Made by a program: the position numbers and the translations under genes | Shown here: piece after piece, positions 37,005-47,221 of the stretch | How positions within the stretch are numbered: position 1 is the first letter of the stretch | How the letters are laid out: every line of letters starts with the position of its first letter | The notes under the pieces: generated by a model | Told to the model about the DNA's origin: nothing | What the model saw: the letters and a program-made list of their open reading frames with translations, nothing else | The model's database searches: none | Source: an uncultured Bacteroidales bacterium | Lineage (GTDB): Bacteria; Bacteroidota; Bacteroidia; Bacteroidales; F082 | NCBI GenBank assembly: GCA_947303395.1 | Contig: CAMYYD010000002.1 | Span: forward strand, 16,142-80,141 | Reading direction: 5' to 3' | DNA length: 64,000 nt

Positions 37005-38426
37005 ATGTTCGACGACGACAATTTCATGGACGACGATTTTGATGTGAAAGAGCTGGTTAACCGTTTCGAGAAGATGGTTAAGCAGCATCAGTCATGCTAT
37101 TTCGACGCCGATGAGTTGAACGTCATTTTGGAGCATTACCTCCAGCAAAACAACATTAAAAAAGCCAATCTGGCTGCCGACATCGCTATCAATTATCATC
37201 CTAACAACCCGATAATCAATATCATAAAAGCAAAGCAGCTATTGGCGAATTCCAACGCACAAGAAGCCCTCTCAACACTCAAAAACGCCGATTTGGATCG
37301 CGAAGACGCCGATTATCTGCTCACTTTGGGCGCTTGCTATTCCGATTTGGGCGAGCATCAGAAAGCCATAAAAGCTTACATGAAAGCCGCGAAATCATTC
37401 GATTTCAAAGATTGTGAGGATATTTACAACTTCATTGCTGTCGAATATGAAAACCTTGGTGAAATTGAGAATGCTCTGAAGTTTTTCGTTTTAGGAATCG
37501 ATAAAGCAGAAGATATTGATAATCAGTATTTTGAGATAAGAAATTGCTATTCACTGCTTCATAACATGGACGATGCGATAGCGTTTTTCCGCAAGGAAAT
37601 CGATAAAAATCCATACAGCGTTTCGGCTTGGATGGCCCTCGGGAACTGCTATGTGCGCATAGGCGATCTTACAAACGCCATCGAGCAGTTTGAATACGCG
37701 ATTTCCATCGACCCACATTATAAAAAAGGATATATCGACATCGCGACGGCTTACAACGAACTGGACAAATTCAAGGAAACCATTGAAATTGTTGAGGAAG
37801 CCAAGCGTTACAACGCTGAATCGGCGCTTTTGCTTTGTCTTTACGGTGAGGCACACGCAAAACTCGGCAACAACGAGGAAGCACTTAAAATTTATCAAAA
37901 AGTGCTGAAAATGGATGACAAGATTCCGGAGGCATACGCCGGAATCGGCTTTGTGCTCAGTGACGAGAATAATCCGCATTCAGCCATAAAATTCCTGAAA
38001 CACGCACATATGTTGTCGCCGTATAACACCGATTACATGTACGTTCTCATAGAGGAATACAACAAAATCGAGGAATACGACAACGCGCTGAAGTTTGTGA
38101 ACGAGATTTTGGATTTGAATCCATACGACGAGAACGTCTACATCTCGATGATGGAATGCTACGTTTTGAAAGACGATCCCGACAACGCCATGGAATCGCT
38201 CGAACGCGGGTTGAGGATACTGCCGAACAACGCGCCCATGCTCTATCGCAAAGCTTTTCTCTATTTTGCGCAAGAAAAAGAGGAATCAGGACTTCTGACA
38301 CTTGAAATGGCGCTGAGTTCCGACTACGACGGTCATATCGAGTTTTTGAATTTCGACGCCGAAAACCTCACCAGCAATCCTAACATCATGGATTTGATAG
38401 AAGAATACAGAAGAAAACAATCATGA
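37005..38426 (+). CDS. Tetratricopeptide (TPR) repeat protein, cytoplasmic
   Basis: 473 aa with many 34-aa TPR-like units (for example AWMALGNCYVRIGDLTNAIEQFEYAISIDP). No signal peptide. Confidence 0.75.
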   Translation: MFDDDNFMDDDFDVKELVNRFEKMVKQHQSCYFDADELNVILEHYLQQNNIKKANLAADIAINYHPNNPIINIIKAKQLLANSNAQEALSTLKNADLDREDADYLLTLGACYSDLGEHQKAIKAYMKAAKSFDFKDCEDIYNFIAVEYENLGEIENALKFFVLGIDKAEDIDNQYFEIRNCYSLLHNMDDAIAFFRKEIDKNPYSVSAWMALGNCYVRIGDLTNAIEQFEYAISIDPHYKKGYIDIATAYNELDKFKETIEIVEEAKRYNAESALLLCLYGEAHAKLGNNEEALKIYQKVLKMDDKIPEAYAGIGFVLSDENNPHSAIKFLKHAHMLSPYNTDYMYVLIEEYNKIEEYDNALKFVNEILDLNPYDENVYISMMECYVLKDDPDNAMESLERGLRILPNNAPMLYRKAFLYFAQEKEESGLLTLEMALSSDYDGHIEFLNFDAENLTSNPNIMDLIEEYRRKQS

Positions 38427-38911
38427 GAAACTACATTTACATTTTCCTTATAGCTATGGTGCCGCTCATCGAGCTGCGTGGCGCAATACCGGTAGCTTAC
38501 GCCATCCACACAGCTGATCCGGAATCCAGTCTGCTTTGGAGCTACGTCATCATCGCAATAGGCAACATACTGCCAGTCCCTTTTATCTATTTATTCGCCC
38601 GCAAAGTACTTGAATGGGGCAAGGACAAACGCTATATCGGTAAGTTTTTCACATGGTGCCTCGATAAAGGCGAAAAAGGCGGTCAGAAACTGCAAGCCAA
38701 AGCCGGACGCGGACTCTACTGGGCATTGGTGCTGTTCGTCGGCATTCCGTTACCTGGCACAGGCGCGTGGACAGGCACTCTGGCAGCCAGTTTCTTGGAT
38801 ATGGGCTTCAAGAAAAGCGTTATCGCCGTCATCGGAGGCGTAGTTTTGGCCAGCGTAATCGTCGGTCTGGTGTGCACACTGGGATTTGGGGCATTTTTTG
38901 GAATAAATTAA
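38423..38911 (+). CDS. COG2426 / small multidrug export-like membrane protein
   Basis: 162 aa with four TM helices. The N-terminal motif MVPLIELRGAIPVAYA is typical of the Sm_multidrug_ex family. Confidence 0.7.
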   Translation: MRNYIYIFLIAMVPLIELRGAIPVAYAIHTADPESSLLWSYVIIAIGNILPVPFIYLFARKVLEWGKDKRYIGKFFTWCLDKGEKGGQKLQAKAGRGLYWALVLFVGIPLPGTGAWTGTLAASFLDMGFKKSVIAVIGGVVLASVIVGLVCTLGFGAFFGIN

Positions 38912-38912
38912 C

Positions 38913-39635
38913 ATGATACGATACTACGGACTCATCGGTCATCCTCTAGGTCATTCATTTTCAAAGGCTTATTTTGAAGAAAAGTTTAAAAACGAACATT
39001 TGGACTGCCGTTTCCTGAATTTTGACATTGAAAAAATCGAAAAAATCAAAGAAATTACAGCACAATATCCTGATTTACAAGGTTTTACGATTACATATCC
39101 TTACAAGGAAAAGATTTTTCCATACATCGATGAGATTGATGAAAACGCCAAAGAAATCGGGGCAATGAATATGGTTAAAATCACCGACGGAAAACTCAAA
39201 GGATTTAACACCGATCACATTGGTTTTCAAGGACTTCTGGAATCAGCCATCAAAGATAAAAAGATAAAAAAAGCATATATCTGCGGAAGCGGCGGGGCCT
39301 CAAAAGCAGTGCGATTCGTATTGAAAAACAAGAACATCGGTTTTGAGATTCTGACCAGAAAAAACGACTCATATCAAGAATTAAACAGCAGAGGTTTTCA
39401 AGATAACGAATTGATTATCAACGCCACTCCAGTTGGAATGCATCCAAAATGCGATGAGATGCTTGATTTACCTTACGCTACAGCTAACGAGAGCAATGTG
39501 TTTATCGATTTGATTTACAACCCTGAAGAGACGATGTTTATGAAAGAAGCGAAAAAACACGGCGCAATAACGTTTAACGGATTGAAAATGTTACAGTTAC
39601 AAGCGGAAGCAGCATGGAGAATATGGAATTTGTAA
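38913..39635 (+). CDS. aroE: Shikimate dehydrogenase
   Basis: 240 aa: YGLIGHPLGHSFSKAYF, NMVK..GFNTD, and the NADP loop ICGSGGASKAV. Confidence 0.9.
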   Translation: MIRYYGLIGHPLGHSFSKAYFEEKFKNEHLDCRFLNFDIEKIEKIKEITAQYPDLQGFTITYPYKEKIFPYIDEIDENAKEIGAMNMVKITDGKLKGFNTDHIGFQGLLESAIKDKKIKKAYICGSGGASKAVRFVLKNKNIGFEILTRKNDSYQELNSRGFQDNELIINATPVGMHPKCDEMLDLPYATANESNVFIDLIYNPEETMFMKEAKKHGAITFNGLKMLQLQAEAAWRIWNL

Positions 39636-41743
39636 ATAAAATATCTAAAGAGTTTGGGGTCACGACGAGAGTGGCTGAAAATGTTATAAAGTTACTTAGC
39701 GAAGGAGCTACAGTGCCTTTTATTGCCCGTTATCGCAAGGAGATGACCAACACGATGAACGAGGAGACCGTGGCGGAAGTGAAGAAACGCCTTGAGCAAC
39801 TCGACGAACTTGAGAAACGCAAGGAATTCGTGCTGAAATCCATTGCCGAGCAAGAAAAGCTGACACCTGAACTCGAGAAACAGATAAACAGCGCCGAGAC
39901 ATTGCAGGATGTAGAGGATTTGTACCTCCCCTACAAACCAAAACGCCGCACCAAAGCCGAAATAGCGCGTCAGAAAGGACTGGAACCATTGGCGAGAATG
40001 ATCATGTCGCAGAACAACGACGACGTGGACGGCATGGCTAAACGCTTCATTAACAAGGAGAAAGAAGTCAACAACGAAGAAGAAGCGTTGAAAGGCGCAT
40101 GCGACATCATGGCGGAATGGATTTCCGAAAACATCAACGGGCGAAACAGAATCCGTAAGATTTACCACCGTGATGGAATCATTTCATCAACTTTGGTTAA
40201 AAGCAAAGAAGCTGAAGCTCAGACATATAAACAATATTTCGACTTCAAAGAACCTATCGCAAAGGCGCCGTCACACCGTATTTTGGCACTGTTCCGCGCT
40301 GAAGAAGAGGGACTTCTGAAGGTAAAACTCAGCATCGAGGCTAACGACGCACTGAATGTTCTCGACAGCATCTTCCTGAAAAACGACAACGCATCGACTG
40401 ATTTGGTTCAGGATGCCATCGACGATGCTTGGAAACGTCTTTTGGAGCCGTCGCTTGAGACCGAAATGCGTGCGCTTTACAAAGAAAAAGCTGATGAAGT
40501 AGCCGTTAAGGTCTTCGCCGAAAATCTTAGACAGCTTTTGCTAGCAGCTCCATTGGGTAAAAAACGCGTTCTTGCCCTCGATCCAGGTTTCCGCACAGGT
40601 TGTAAGGTGGTGATTTTAAATGAATTAGGTGCTTTAATACACAATGAGACCATCTACCCTCACCCACCGCAAAACGAACACGGAAAAGCCGCCGCAAAGA
40701 TCGCTCATTTGGTGCAGGCGTATAAAATCGATGTCATCGCCATCGGCAACGGCACTGCGGGAAGAGAGACTGAGGACTTCATCAAGAGCATCCGATTCGA
40801 CAGAGACATCACTGCGGTGATGGTCAACGAGAGTGGAGCCTCGATTTATTCGGCAAGCAAAGTGGCAAGAGACGAGTTCCCTGACTACGACATCACCGTG
40901 CGTGGTGCGGTTAGCATCGGAAGACGACTCATGGATCCGCTGGCGGAGCTGGTAAAAATCGACCCAAAATCAATCGGAGTCGGACAATATCAGCACGATG
41001 TGAACCAGAAAATGCTTGGCGACGAGCTGAATTCAGTTGTCGAGAGCTGCGTCAACGCTGTGGGCGTGGAACTCAACTCCGCAAGCGAGCAACTGCTTTC
41101 ATATGTGAGCGGTGTCGGTCCGCAACTTGCAAGTTCCATTGTGAAATACCGCAACGAAAACGGAGGCTTCACCAGCCGCAAACAACTAATGGAAGTGCCT
41201 CGTTTGGGCAGCAAAGCTTTCGAGCAATGCGCCGGATTCCTCAGGATTCACGGGGCAAAACAGCCGCTCGACGCAAGCGCGGTGCATCCGGAGAGCTATC
41301 ACATCGTTGAAAAGATGGCAAAGAAACTAGGAGTCAATGTATCGGAACTTATTGGTAATGAAGAACTTATCGCAAAGATAAATCCGAAAGAATTCATCGA
41401 GAAAGACTTCGGAATCGAGACTATCAACGACATAATCGACGAGTTGAAAAAACCTGGACGCGACCCGAGAAAGAACTTCGAAGTTTTTGAATTCGACAAA
41501 AACATCAGGACTATCAACGACTTACGACAAGGCATGCAACTCGTCGGAATCGTCACAAACATCACGGCGTTCGGATGTTTTGTCGATGTCGGTGTGCATC
41601 AGGACGGACTCGTGCACATCAGCCAGATGTCGAGCAGCTACATCACCGACCCGAATCAGGTGGTAAAACTCAACCAGAAGGTGAAAGTAACCGTCACCGA
41701 CGTCGACATTCCAAGAAAACGCATAAGTTTAAGCATGAAATAA
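39614..41743 (+). CDS. tex: Tex-family transcription accessory protein (S1 RNA-binding domain)
   Basis: 709 aa: N-terminal LSEGATVPFIARYRKEMT, a YqgF/RuvC-like domain, HhH motifs, and a C-terminal S1 domain (GIVTNITAFGCFVDVGVHQDGLVHIS). Confidence 0.93.
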   Translation: MENMEFVNKISKEFGVTTRVAENVIKLLSEGATVPFIARYRKEMTNTMNEETVAEVKKRLEQLDELEKRKEFVLKSIAEQEKLTPELEKQINSAETLQDVEDLYLPYKPKRRTKAEIARQKGLEPLARMIMSQNNDDVDGMAKRFINKEKEVNNEEEALKGACDIMAEWISENINGRNRIRKIYHRDGIISSTLVKSKEAEAQTYKQYFDFKEPIAKAPSHRILALFRAEEEGLLKVKLSIEANDALNVLDSIFLKNDNASTDLVQDAIDDAWKRLLEPSLETEMRALYKEKADEVAVKVFAENLRQLLLAAPLGKKRVLALDPGFRTGCKVVILNELGALIHNETIYPHPPQNEHGKAAAKIAHLVQAYKIDVIAIGNGTAGRETEDFIKSIRFDRDITAVMVNESGASIYSASKVARDEFPDYDITVRGAVSIGRRLMDPLAELVKIDPKSIGVGQYQHDVNQKMLGDELNSVVESCVNAVGVELNSASEQLLSYVSGVGPQLASSIVKYRNENGGFTSRKQLMEVPRLGSKAFEQCAGFLRIHGAKQPLDASAVHPESYHIVEKMAKKLGVNVSELIGNEELIAKINPKEFIEKDFGIETINDIIDELKKPGRDPRKNFEVFEFDKNIRTINDLRQGMQLVGIVTNITAFGCFVDVGVHQDGLVHISQMSSSYITDPNQVVKLNQKVKVTVTDVDIPRKRISLSMK

Positions 41744-41772
41744 TATTTTTATGATTATCACGTTATAAAATC

Positions 41773-42576
41773 ATGAAAAAGTACATTTTAATAGGATTAT
41801 TTATCATATTCGCAGCCTTGACGAATACTTCAAAAGCCCAGGTTTTCTTGGGAGAAGCGTTTGTCGGATACAACATCTGCCAAGTTGACGGCGACCAGAT
41901 CATGGGATATTTCAAACCAGGTATCAACGCTGGTGTCGGTGTCATCACTCCAATTTGGAGAATAAACAATTTCAGCCTCGAGCTGTCGTTGGAAGTCCTT
42001 TATAATCAGAAAGGTGCAAAGCAAGGCAGAAAATATTGGGACCATAAAATCGACTCTCTCACTGGTCATGAAATCACTGGCGAATACAACCTCAGCATGA
42101 GTTACGGCGAGGTTCCGTTCATGATTTATTTCACCGACAAGAAACTCATTTCGGCTGGTGTCGGTGTCTCATACGCGCGACTGATGAGTCTTTCTGAATA
42201 CGAACATGGTGTAAAAACGGGTGTTACGGCCACAAGCGGCGAATACAACCAGAATGAATTCAACATCTTGGCCGACATAAAGCTACGCATCTATAAAAGA
42301 TGGAAAGTTGGCGTAAGATACTCCTATTCCCTGAATCCAATCAGAGAACGCGAATATTTCAATATCGCCGGCCAATCATTAGGCGTTTTCAAGCAGTACA
42401 ACAACATGTGGACCTTCCGTCTGACCTACGTTTTCAACGAAAAACTCGAGGATTTGCAGCGCGAGGAATACCGTTACACTGGCGACAATCCAAAATACCA
42501 CGACAAAGCCGTCGAGCGGCAGCTCAAGAAGTTGAAGAGAAAACAGGAACGCGAAGCAAGAAAGAACCAACAATAA
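41773..42576 (+). CDS. Outer-membrane beta-barrel protein (PorT/OprF-like small barrel) with a highly charged C-terminal tail
   Basis: 267 aa with a signal peptide ending TSKAQ and alternating-hydrophobic beta-strand pattern. C-terminal tail KAVERQLKKLKRKQEREARKNQQ. Confidence 0.6.
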   Translation: MKKYILIGLFIIFAALTNTSKAQVFLGEAFVGYNICQVDGDQIMGYFKPGINAGVGVITPIWRINNFSLELSLEVLYNQKGAKQGRKYWDHKIDSLTGHEITGEYNLSMSYGEVPFMIYFTDKKLISAGVGVSYARLMSLSEYEHGVKTGVTATSGEYNQNEFNILADIKLRIYKRWKVGVRYSYSLNPIREREYFNIAGQSLGVFKQYNNMWTFRLTYVFNEKLEDLQREEYRYTGDNPKYHDKAVERQLKKLKRKQEREARKNQQ

Positions 42577-42579
42577 TAA

Positions 42580-42614
42580 AAAAGGACGCACGATTATATG
42601 CGTCCTTTTATTTT
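42580..42614. terminator. Bidirectional intrinsic terminator between the OMP gene and the DPP3-PncA gene
   Basis: Stem AAAAGGACGCA / TGCGTCCTTTT, with an 8-nt loop, flanked by an A-run and a T-run. Confidence 0.75.
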
Positions 42615-42628
42615 GGATTAAACAATTG

Positions 42629-45226
42629 TTATTCAATCACTGTCACAATCTTTTCAAGTTCCTTCATCGTCTCATCGTGACCTTTCTTGTCGACGTAGCC
42701 GAGACCTGGAACGAAAAGTTCGATGTTATGACCTGCGTTGAGGAACTCCATCAAAGTATTCTTGACGCAGTATTCGGTTGCTATACCGCTGATAACCAAA
42801 TCTTTACCTACACATTCTGAAAGCATTCTGCCGTCTGGACCGACTGCTTCAAAGCCAGAATACTGTTCCTCGTCAACTTTCTCACCTTTGTAGAAGATAT
42901 TTCTTGCCGGGTCAGGACGATTTGCAGGATTGATAACGTCGGTATAGAAAGCCTCGTGGATAGCGCCGCCGCGTGTTCCCTGGACGCAGTGAACTGGCCA
43001 AATGCCTCCGAAATCAGCAAATGAGCTATGGTTTGCCGGATGATGGTCGGCAATGTAGATAACCTTCTCATCAGGGTGTGCGTTGATGTATTTCACAACC
43101 TCATGCACAGCGTTTTCAGCGTTTCCGCAAGCTAATGAACCGTCGATGAAATCGTAAAGCATGTCGACGATGAGGTGCTCAGGAGCGTCGTGGTTTTCCT
43201 CAACAAAGCTGTAGTTCTTACCGTAATCGAGATGCTGTTTCAAGAAGTCGCATGGATAATTGACTTGATAATCAACAACTTTACCATGTTTCATAACCGG
43301 AACAATGTCAGGATTGATGAATCCGCCGTAAGGTTTCAATCCGAGAGCATCGTAACGTTCTTTAACCTCTTTGTGGAGATCGAGATCGATTTTCACAGCG
43401 TAAGTCTCAATGAGGTTCTTGCCTGCTTCATAGTCGCCTTCTGACTTAACACGTTGAATCTCAGCGAGTAACTCACCAAATAAGCCACGAAGTTTCTCGT
43501 AGTCGTTGATAACGAAATATGTCTTGCCGTCGCGCACTTTCTTCTCGATGACGTTGTCTTTCAAACCTTTTTCATAGCACCACCAGCTGATGAGAGCGCG
43601 GTCTTGCATATGCGACTCAGTGATGTTCTTGCCAAGTTCGATGCGTGCGAGCTGGCTCATGAGGCCGTTACGGATGAAGTCGCAATACTGTGCTTTGTAG
43701 CATTCCATGTTTGGAAGAATGCCGAGTTCAACCATCTTAGGATCAGCGCAGTAATACAGGCCAAAGAGGTCGGCACGGGCTTCTTCGAGTGCTGAGTTAT
43801 ACTCTTTCAATGAGTTAGGCTGTGTTGTCGGGAGCAACTGACCTGAACCATGACCGAGGCATTCATGCAAATCGGTGTGCAAAACATCGGCGATGCTGCT
43901 GTATTTCTTGCAGAGGTCGATTTCTTCCTGTGAGTAGGCAAACTCAGCCAAAACACTCTTCGGTGATTCGTTGGCGGCCTTGTCGTATGCGTCCATTAGG
44001 TTGGTGATTGTCACTGACTTAGAACCGTAATCTTTGCGAATCCAGTCGGCATTCGGCAAGTTGATTCCGATTGGAGGTGCCGGGAAGCAGTCGCCAGCCA
44101 AAGTGGTGACGATGATGCCTTTAGCGCTCACGCCCTTGCATTCTTTCTTCTTGAAACGTGAATCAACCGGCGAGTTATCCTCAAACCATTGGGCATTAGC
44201 ACTGATGATTTCCGAACGTTTTGTGGCTTCCATGTCTTTGAAGTCGACAATAGCCTCCCAAGTGGCTTTCATGCCCATCGGATCGCCATAATCCTCAATG
44301 AAACCGTTCACAAAGTCGATGTTAGAAATTGAATCCTGAACCCAAGCGATGTTGTATTCGTCCCATCTCTTGAGGCAACCTGTTGTGTAATAATCGATTA
44401 ACAGATTTGTGTAGTTACGCTGGCTGTCGTTTTCTGCAACCTCGTTAGCCTTCTTGAGCCAATAGATAATCTGCTCGATAGCCTTTCCGTAAAGACCGTC
44501 AACCTTGTAGACATCCTCACGCAACTTGCCGTTTTCCTTGACAAGCTTTGAATTCAGACCGTAAGAAATAGGCTGTTCGTCGTTAGGTTTGCGCTGAGCA
44601 TCGTAAAATGCCTCGACTTCACCTTTATTAATATTGCCTTTGTAGAAATTGACGCATGAGTTTTGGATGATATCCTCTTCCCCGCTGCGGCGCATTTTGT
44701 AAAGATCTTTGTCGAAAATCACAGGAGTGATGAAATTCAGGAAGTCTTCAACAGATTCGCCATTAGCTAATGGAAGATATTGAATATCAGAGTTTTTCAC
44801 CAGCTTAGCGAAATATTCCTGAGAAATCTCTGGGAAAATCTTATCCTCTGCATAATGATGATGAATGCCGTTGCTGAAGAACACGCGCTTTGCATAGACC
44901 ACAAAGTTCTGATAATCAGTGCATTCCTTATTTCCATCGTATGAATTCAAAATAGCCTCGAGAGTCTTGCGAACTGTCAGATTATACTTGAAATTCTGGT
45001 CAGCAAGGATGTCGCGACCGCATTTTGCAGCTTCACCGAGATAATAAATGTACTCTTTCTGCTGTAAAGTCAGATTTTCCCATTCAGGAATCTGATAACG
45101 CATCACCTTAAGGTCGGCAAACTCGTCGACAAGATACTTGAATTCTTCGTTTTGGACTTTCTTTTCGCCTGATGAACAAGCTGTTAGAAGTCCTGCAATA
45201 CCTAAAATCATGATTATTCTCTTCAT
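42629..45226 (-). CDS. Lipoprotein fusing M49 dipeptidyl-peptidase III with a C-terminal nicotinamidase (PncA/isochorismatase-like) domain
   Basis: 865 aa with lipobox LLTACSS. The M49 zinc motifs are HECLGH (aa 454-459, nt 43850-43867) and EEARAD (aa 481-486). From about aa 683 the sequence carries PncA signatures: VDMLYDF, ADHHPANHSSFA, WPVHCVQGTRG, YKGEKVDEEQYSGF and GIATEYCV. Confidence 0.85.
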   Translation of the reverse strand: MKRIIMILGIAGLLTACSSGEKKVQNEEFKYLVDEFADLKVMRYQIPEWENLTLQQKEYIYYLGEAAKCGRDILADQNFKYNLTVRKTLEAILNSYDGNKECTDYQNFVVYAKRVFFSNGIHHHYAEDKIFPEISQEYFAKLVKNSDIQYLPLANGESVEDFLNFITPVIFDKDLYKMRRSGEEDIIQNSCVNFYKGNINKGEVEAFYDAQRKPNDEQPISYGLNSKLVKENGKLREDVYKVDGLYGKAIEQIIYWLKKANEVAENDSQRNYTNLLIDYYTTGCLKRWDEYNIAWVQDSISNIDFVNGFIEDYGDPMGMKATWEAIVDFKDMEATKRSEIISANAQWFEDNSPVDSRFKKKECKGVSAKGIIVTTLAGDCFPAPPIGINLPNADWIRKDYGSKSVTITNLMDAYDKAANESPKSVLAEFAYSQEEIDLCKKYSSIADVLHTDLHECLGHGSGQLLPTTQPNSLKEYNSALEEARADLFGLYYCADPKMVELGILPNMECYKAQYCDFIRNGLMSQLARIELGKNITESHMQDRALISWWCYEKGLKDNVIEKKVRDGKTYFVINDYEKLRGLFGELLAEIQRVKSEGDYEAGKNLIETYAVKIDLDLHKEVKERYDALGLKPYGGFINPDIVPVMKHGKVVDYQVNYPCDFLKQHLDYGKNYSFVEENHDAPEHLIVDMLYDFIDGSLACGNAENAVHEVVKYINAHPDEKVIYIADHHPANHSSFADFGGIWPVHCVQGTRGGAIHEAFYTDVINPANRPDPARNIFYKGEKVDEEQYSGFEAVGPDGRMLSECVGKDLVISGIATEYCVKNTLMEFLNAGHNIELFVPGLGYVDKKGHDETMKELEKIVTVIE

Positions 45227-45263
45227 TATTTTAAATTTAATTTATATTTTAAAAATAAGATTG

Positions 45264-45292
45264 CAAAAATATCGTTTTTTTTATTATCTTTG
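45264..45292. promoter_or_regulatory. Divergent -7 boxes: complement of 45264-45271 (TATTTTTG, DPP3-PncA) and 45285-45292 (TATCTTTG, SPFH gene)
   Basis: TAnnTTTG matches 38 nt and 30 nt from the respective ATGs. Confidence 0.5.
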
Positions 45293-45321
45293 CAGAAAAT
45301 AACAAATTAAATTATTAAGAC

Positions 45322-46182
45322 ATGGAATACACACAACAGTCTGGTTATCAACAGAATAAGCCATCAAACAACAAGAAATACGGACCATTCATCCTGATTG
45401 GCGTATTGGTTTTATTACTCATCATTTTCTGGAGCCGCATCACGGTGACGATTCCTGCGGGACACGGCGGCGTGCTTTACCGTTTGTTTGGCGGCGGTAT
45501 CGACACTTCGAAGACTTACGAAGAAGGCTTCCATTTCATCGCTCCATGGAACTCAATGACGCTTTATGAGACACGTCAGCAGGTTGCCGATGAGGAAATG
45601 AGCGCTCTTTCATCTAACGGATTGGAAATCAAAATCGAATTTTCGACTTGGTATCAGCCATTGTGGCAAGAACTCGGTCAGCTTCACGCAACAATTGGTA
45701 CTCAATATCTTACAAGAGCTGTCTATCCGGCAATGCGTTCAGCTGCGAGAAGCGTTCTAGGAAGATACACTCCAGAGCAGATTTATTCGACAAAACGTGA
45801 TGCTATCCAGGAAGAGATTTTCATCGAGACAAAGAACCTTCTTGAAGGCAAGCACATCCAGCTCAATCAGGTGCTCATCCGTTCGGTCACGCTGCCTCCG
45901 ACCATCAAGTCGGCTATCGAGAGCAAGCTGAAACAAGAGCAGGAAGCTTTGGAGTATGAATTTAAGCTCGAAAAAGCATCGCAAGAGGCTGAGCGTCAAC
46001 GTGTTGAAGCTGAAGGTAAAGCCAGAGCAAACAACATCGTCAGCGCCAGTATCAACGACAAGATTTTGCGTGAGAAAGGTATTGAAGCGACTTTGAAACT
46101 TGCTGAGTCACCGAATTCCAAGATTGTCATCGTGGGCAACAGCAAGGACGGCATGCCGCTGATTTTAGGAGACATCAAATAA
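45322..46182 (+). CDS. SPFH/band-7 (prohibitin-like) membrane protein
   Basis: 286 aa with an N-terminal TM ([17 protein letters not shown]), an SPFH core, and a coiled-coil segment [27 protein letters not shown]. Confidence 0.85.
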   Translation: MEYTQQSGYQQNKPSNNKKYGPFILIGVLVLLLIIFWSRITVTIPAGHGGVLYRLFGGGIDTSKTYEEGFHFIAPWNSMTLYETRQQVADEEMSALSSNGLEIKIEFSTWYQPLWQELGQLHATIGTQYLTRAVYPAMRSAARSVLGRYTPEQIYSTKRDAIQEEIFIETKNLLEGKHIQLNQVLIRSVTLPPTIKSAIESKLKQEQEALEYEFKLEKASQEAERQRVEAEGKARANNIVSASINDKILREKGIEATLKLAESPNSKIVIVGNSKDGMPLILGDIK

Positions 46183-46637
46183 TGGCGAACAAGGTCAAAC
46201 AGGTTAGAATAAGCATCAAAAACAAGCGTGCGTCGTTCGAGTATTTCCTCATCGACAGATACACCGCAGGCATAGTCCTGACAGGCACTGAGATAAAGAG
46301 CATACGCGAAGGAAAAGCAAGCATTGTGGAGTCGTATTGCTCATTTATCGGCGACGAGTTATGGGCGATTGGCATGCACATTGCCGAATATGCTTTCGGG
46401 ACATACAACAACCACGTTCCGAAACGCGACCGTAAGCTCCTGCTCACCATGAAGGAACTGCGCAAACTCAAGGCTAAAAGCTCGGAAAAAGGCTTCACCA
46501 TCATTCCTATCGAGTTGTTTATCAACGAGAAAGGTCTGGCAAAACTGGAGATTGCGCTGGCAAAAGGAAAGCATTTCTACGACAAACGCGACAGCTTAAA
46601 AGAAAAAGATTCGAAAAAAGAAATTAGAGAATATTAA
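46182..46637 (+). CDS. smpB: SsrA-binding protein SmpB
   Basis: 151 aa: [35 protein letters not shown] and the C-terminal basic tail. Its ATG overlaps the upstream stop (TAATG). Confidence 0.95.
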   Translation: MANKVKQVRISIKNKRASFEYFLIDRYTAGIVLTGTEIKSIREGKASIVESYCSFIGDELWAIGMHIAEYAFGTYNNHVPKRDRKLLLTMKELRKLKAKSSEKGFTIIPIELFINEKGLAKLEIALAKGKHFYDKRDSLKEKDSKKEIREY

Positions 46638-46712
46638 TTCCACGGATAAACAACAGAAACAAATGAAATTTTCTGCTATTTCAACAATTTCTGCGTGAGA
46701 AAGCGAATAAAA

Positions 46713-47219
46713 ATGAAAAAAATATTATTTGGAATAATAGTTTTAATGGCATTGCCGATTTTCGGTAACGCCCAGAAAATCAATTGGATGACGTTTCAGG
46801 AAGCAGTCAAACTGAACGAGACGACACCGAAAAAGATATTCATCGACGTCTATACCGACTGGTGCGGATGGTGCAAGAGAATGGATCAGACCACCTTCCA
46901 GAACCAAGAAGTCGTGGCTTACATGAACGAGAATTTCTACGCCGTGAAACTCGATGCCGAGATGAACGACACCATAGTTTTTTCGGGTTACACCTTCGTC
47001 AATGAGGGCGGCAAAAACGGAAGAAAAGGCACACACCAGCTGGCAGCGGCACTGCTTCAAGGCAAGATGTCATACCCTTCATATGTCTTCATGAATGAGA
47101 GCAATCAGCTTCTGACAGTGGCTCCGGGATACATGGAAGCCAAAGATTTTATGCCGATTCTGAAGTATTTTGGCACCGATGCATATCTGAATCAAACATT
47201 CAAGGATTACATTAAGTAA
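46713..47219 (+). CDS. Thioredoxin-fold (DUF255/thioredoxin-like) exported protein
   Basis: 168 aa from MKKILFGIIVLMALPIFGNAQ, with the CxxC motif in DVYTDWCGWCKRMD. Confidence 0.8.
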   Translation: MKKILFGIIVLMALPIFGNAQKINWMTFQEAVKLNETTPKKIFIDVYTDWCGWCKRMDQTTFQNQEVVAYMNENFYAVKLDAEMNDTIVFSGYTFVNEGGKNGRKGTHQLAAALLQGKMSYPSYVFMNESNQLLTVAPGYMEAKDFMPILKYFGTDAYLNQTFKDYIK

Positions 47220-47221
47220 AG

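Noticed and set aside
46638-46712. tmRNA (ssrA) or another structured RNA next to smpB.
   Set aside because: The spacer is only 75 nt and has just a weak 6-bp hairpin, which is far too short for tmRNA. No tRNA-like acceptor/T-arm sequence was seen anywhere in the intergenic regions.
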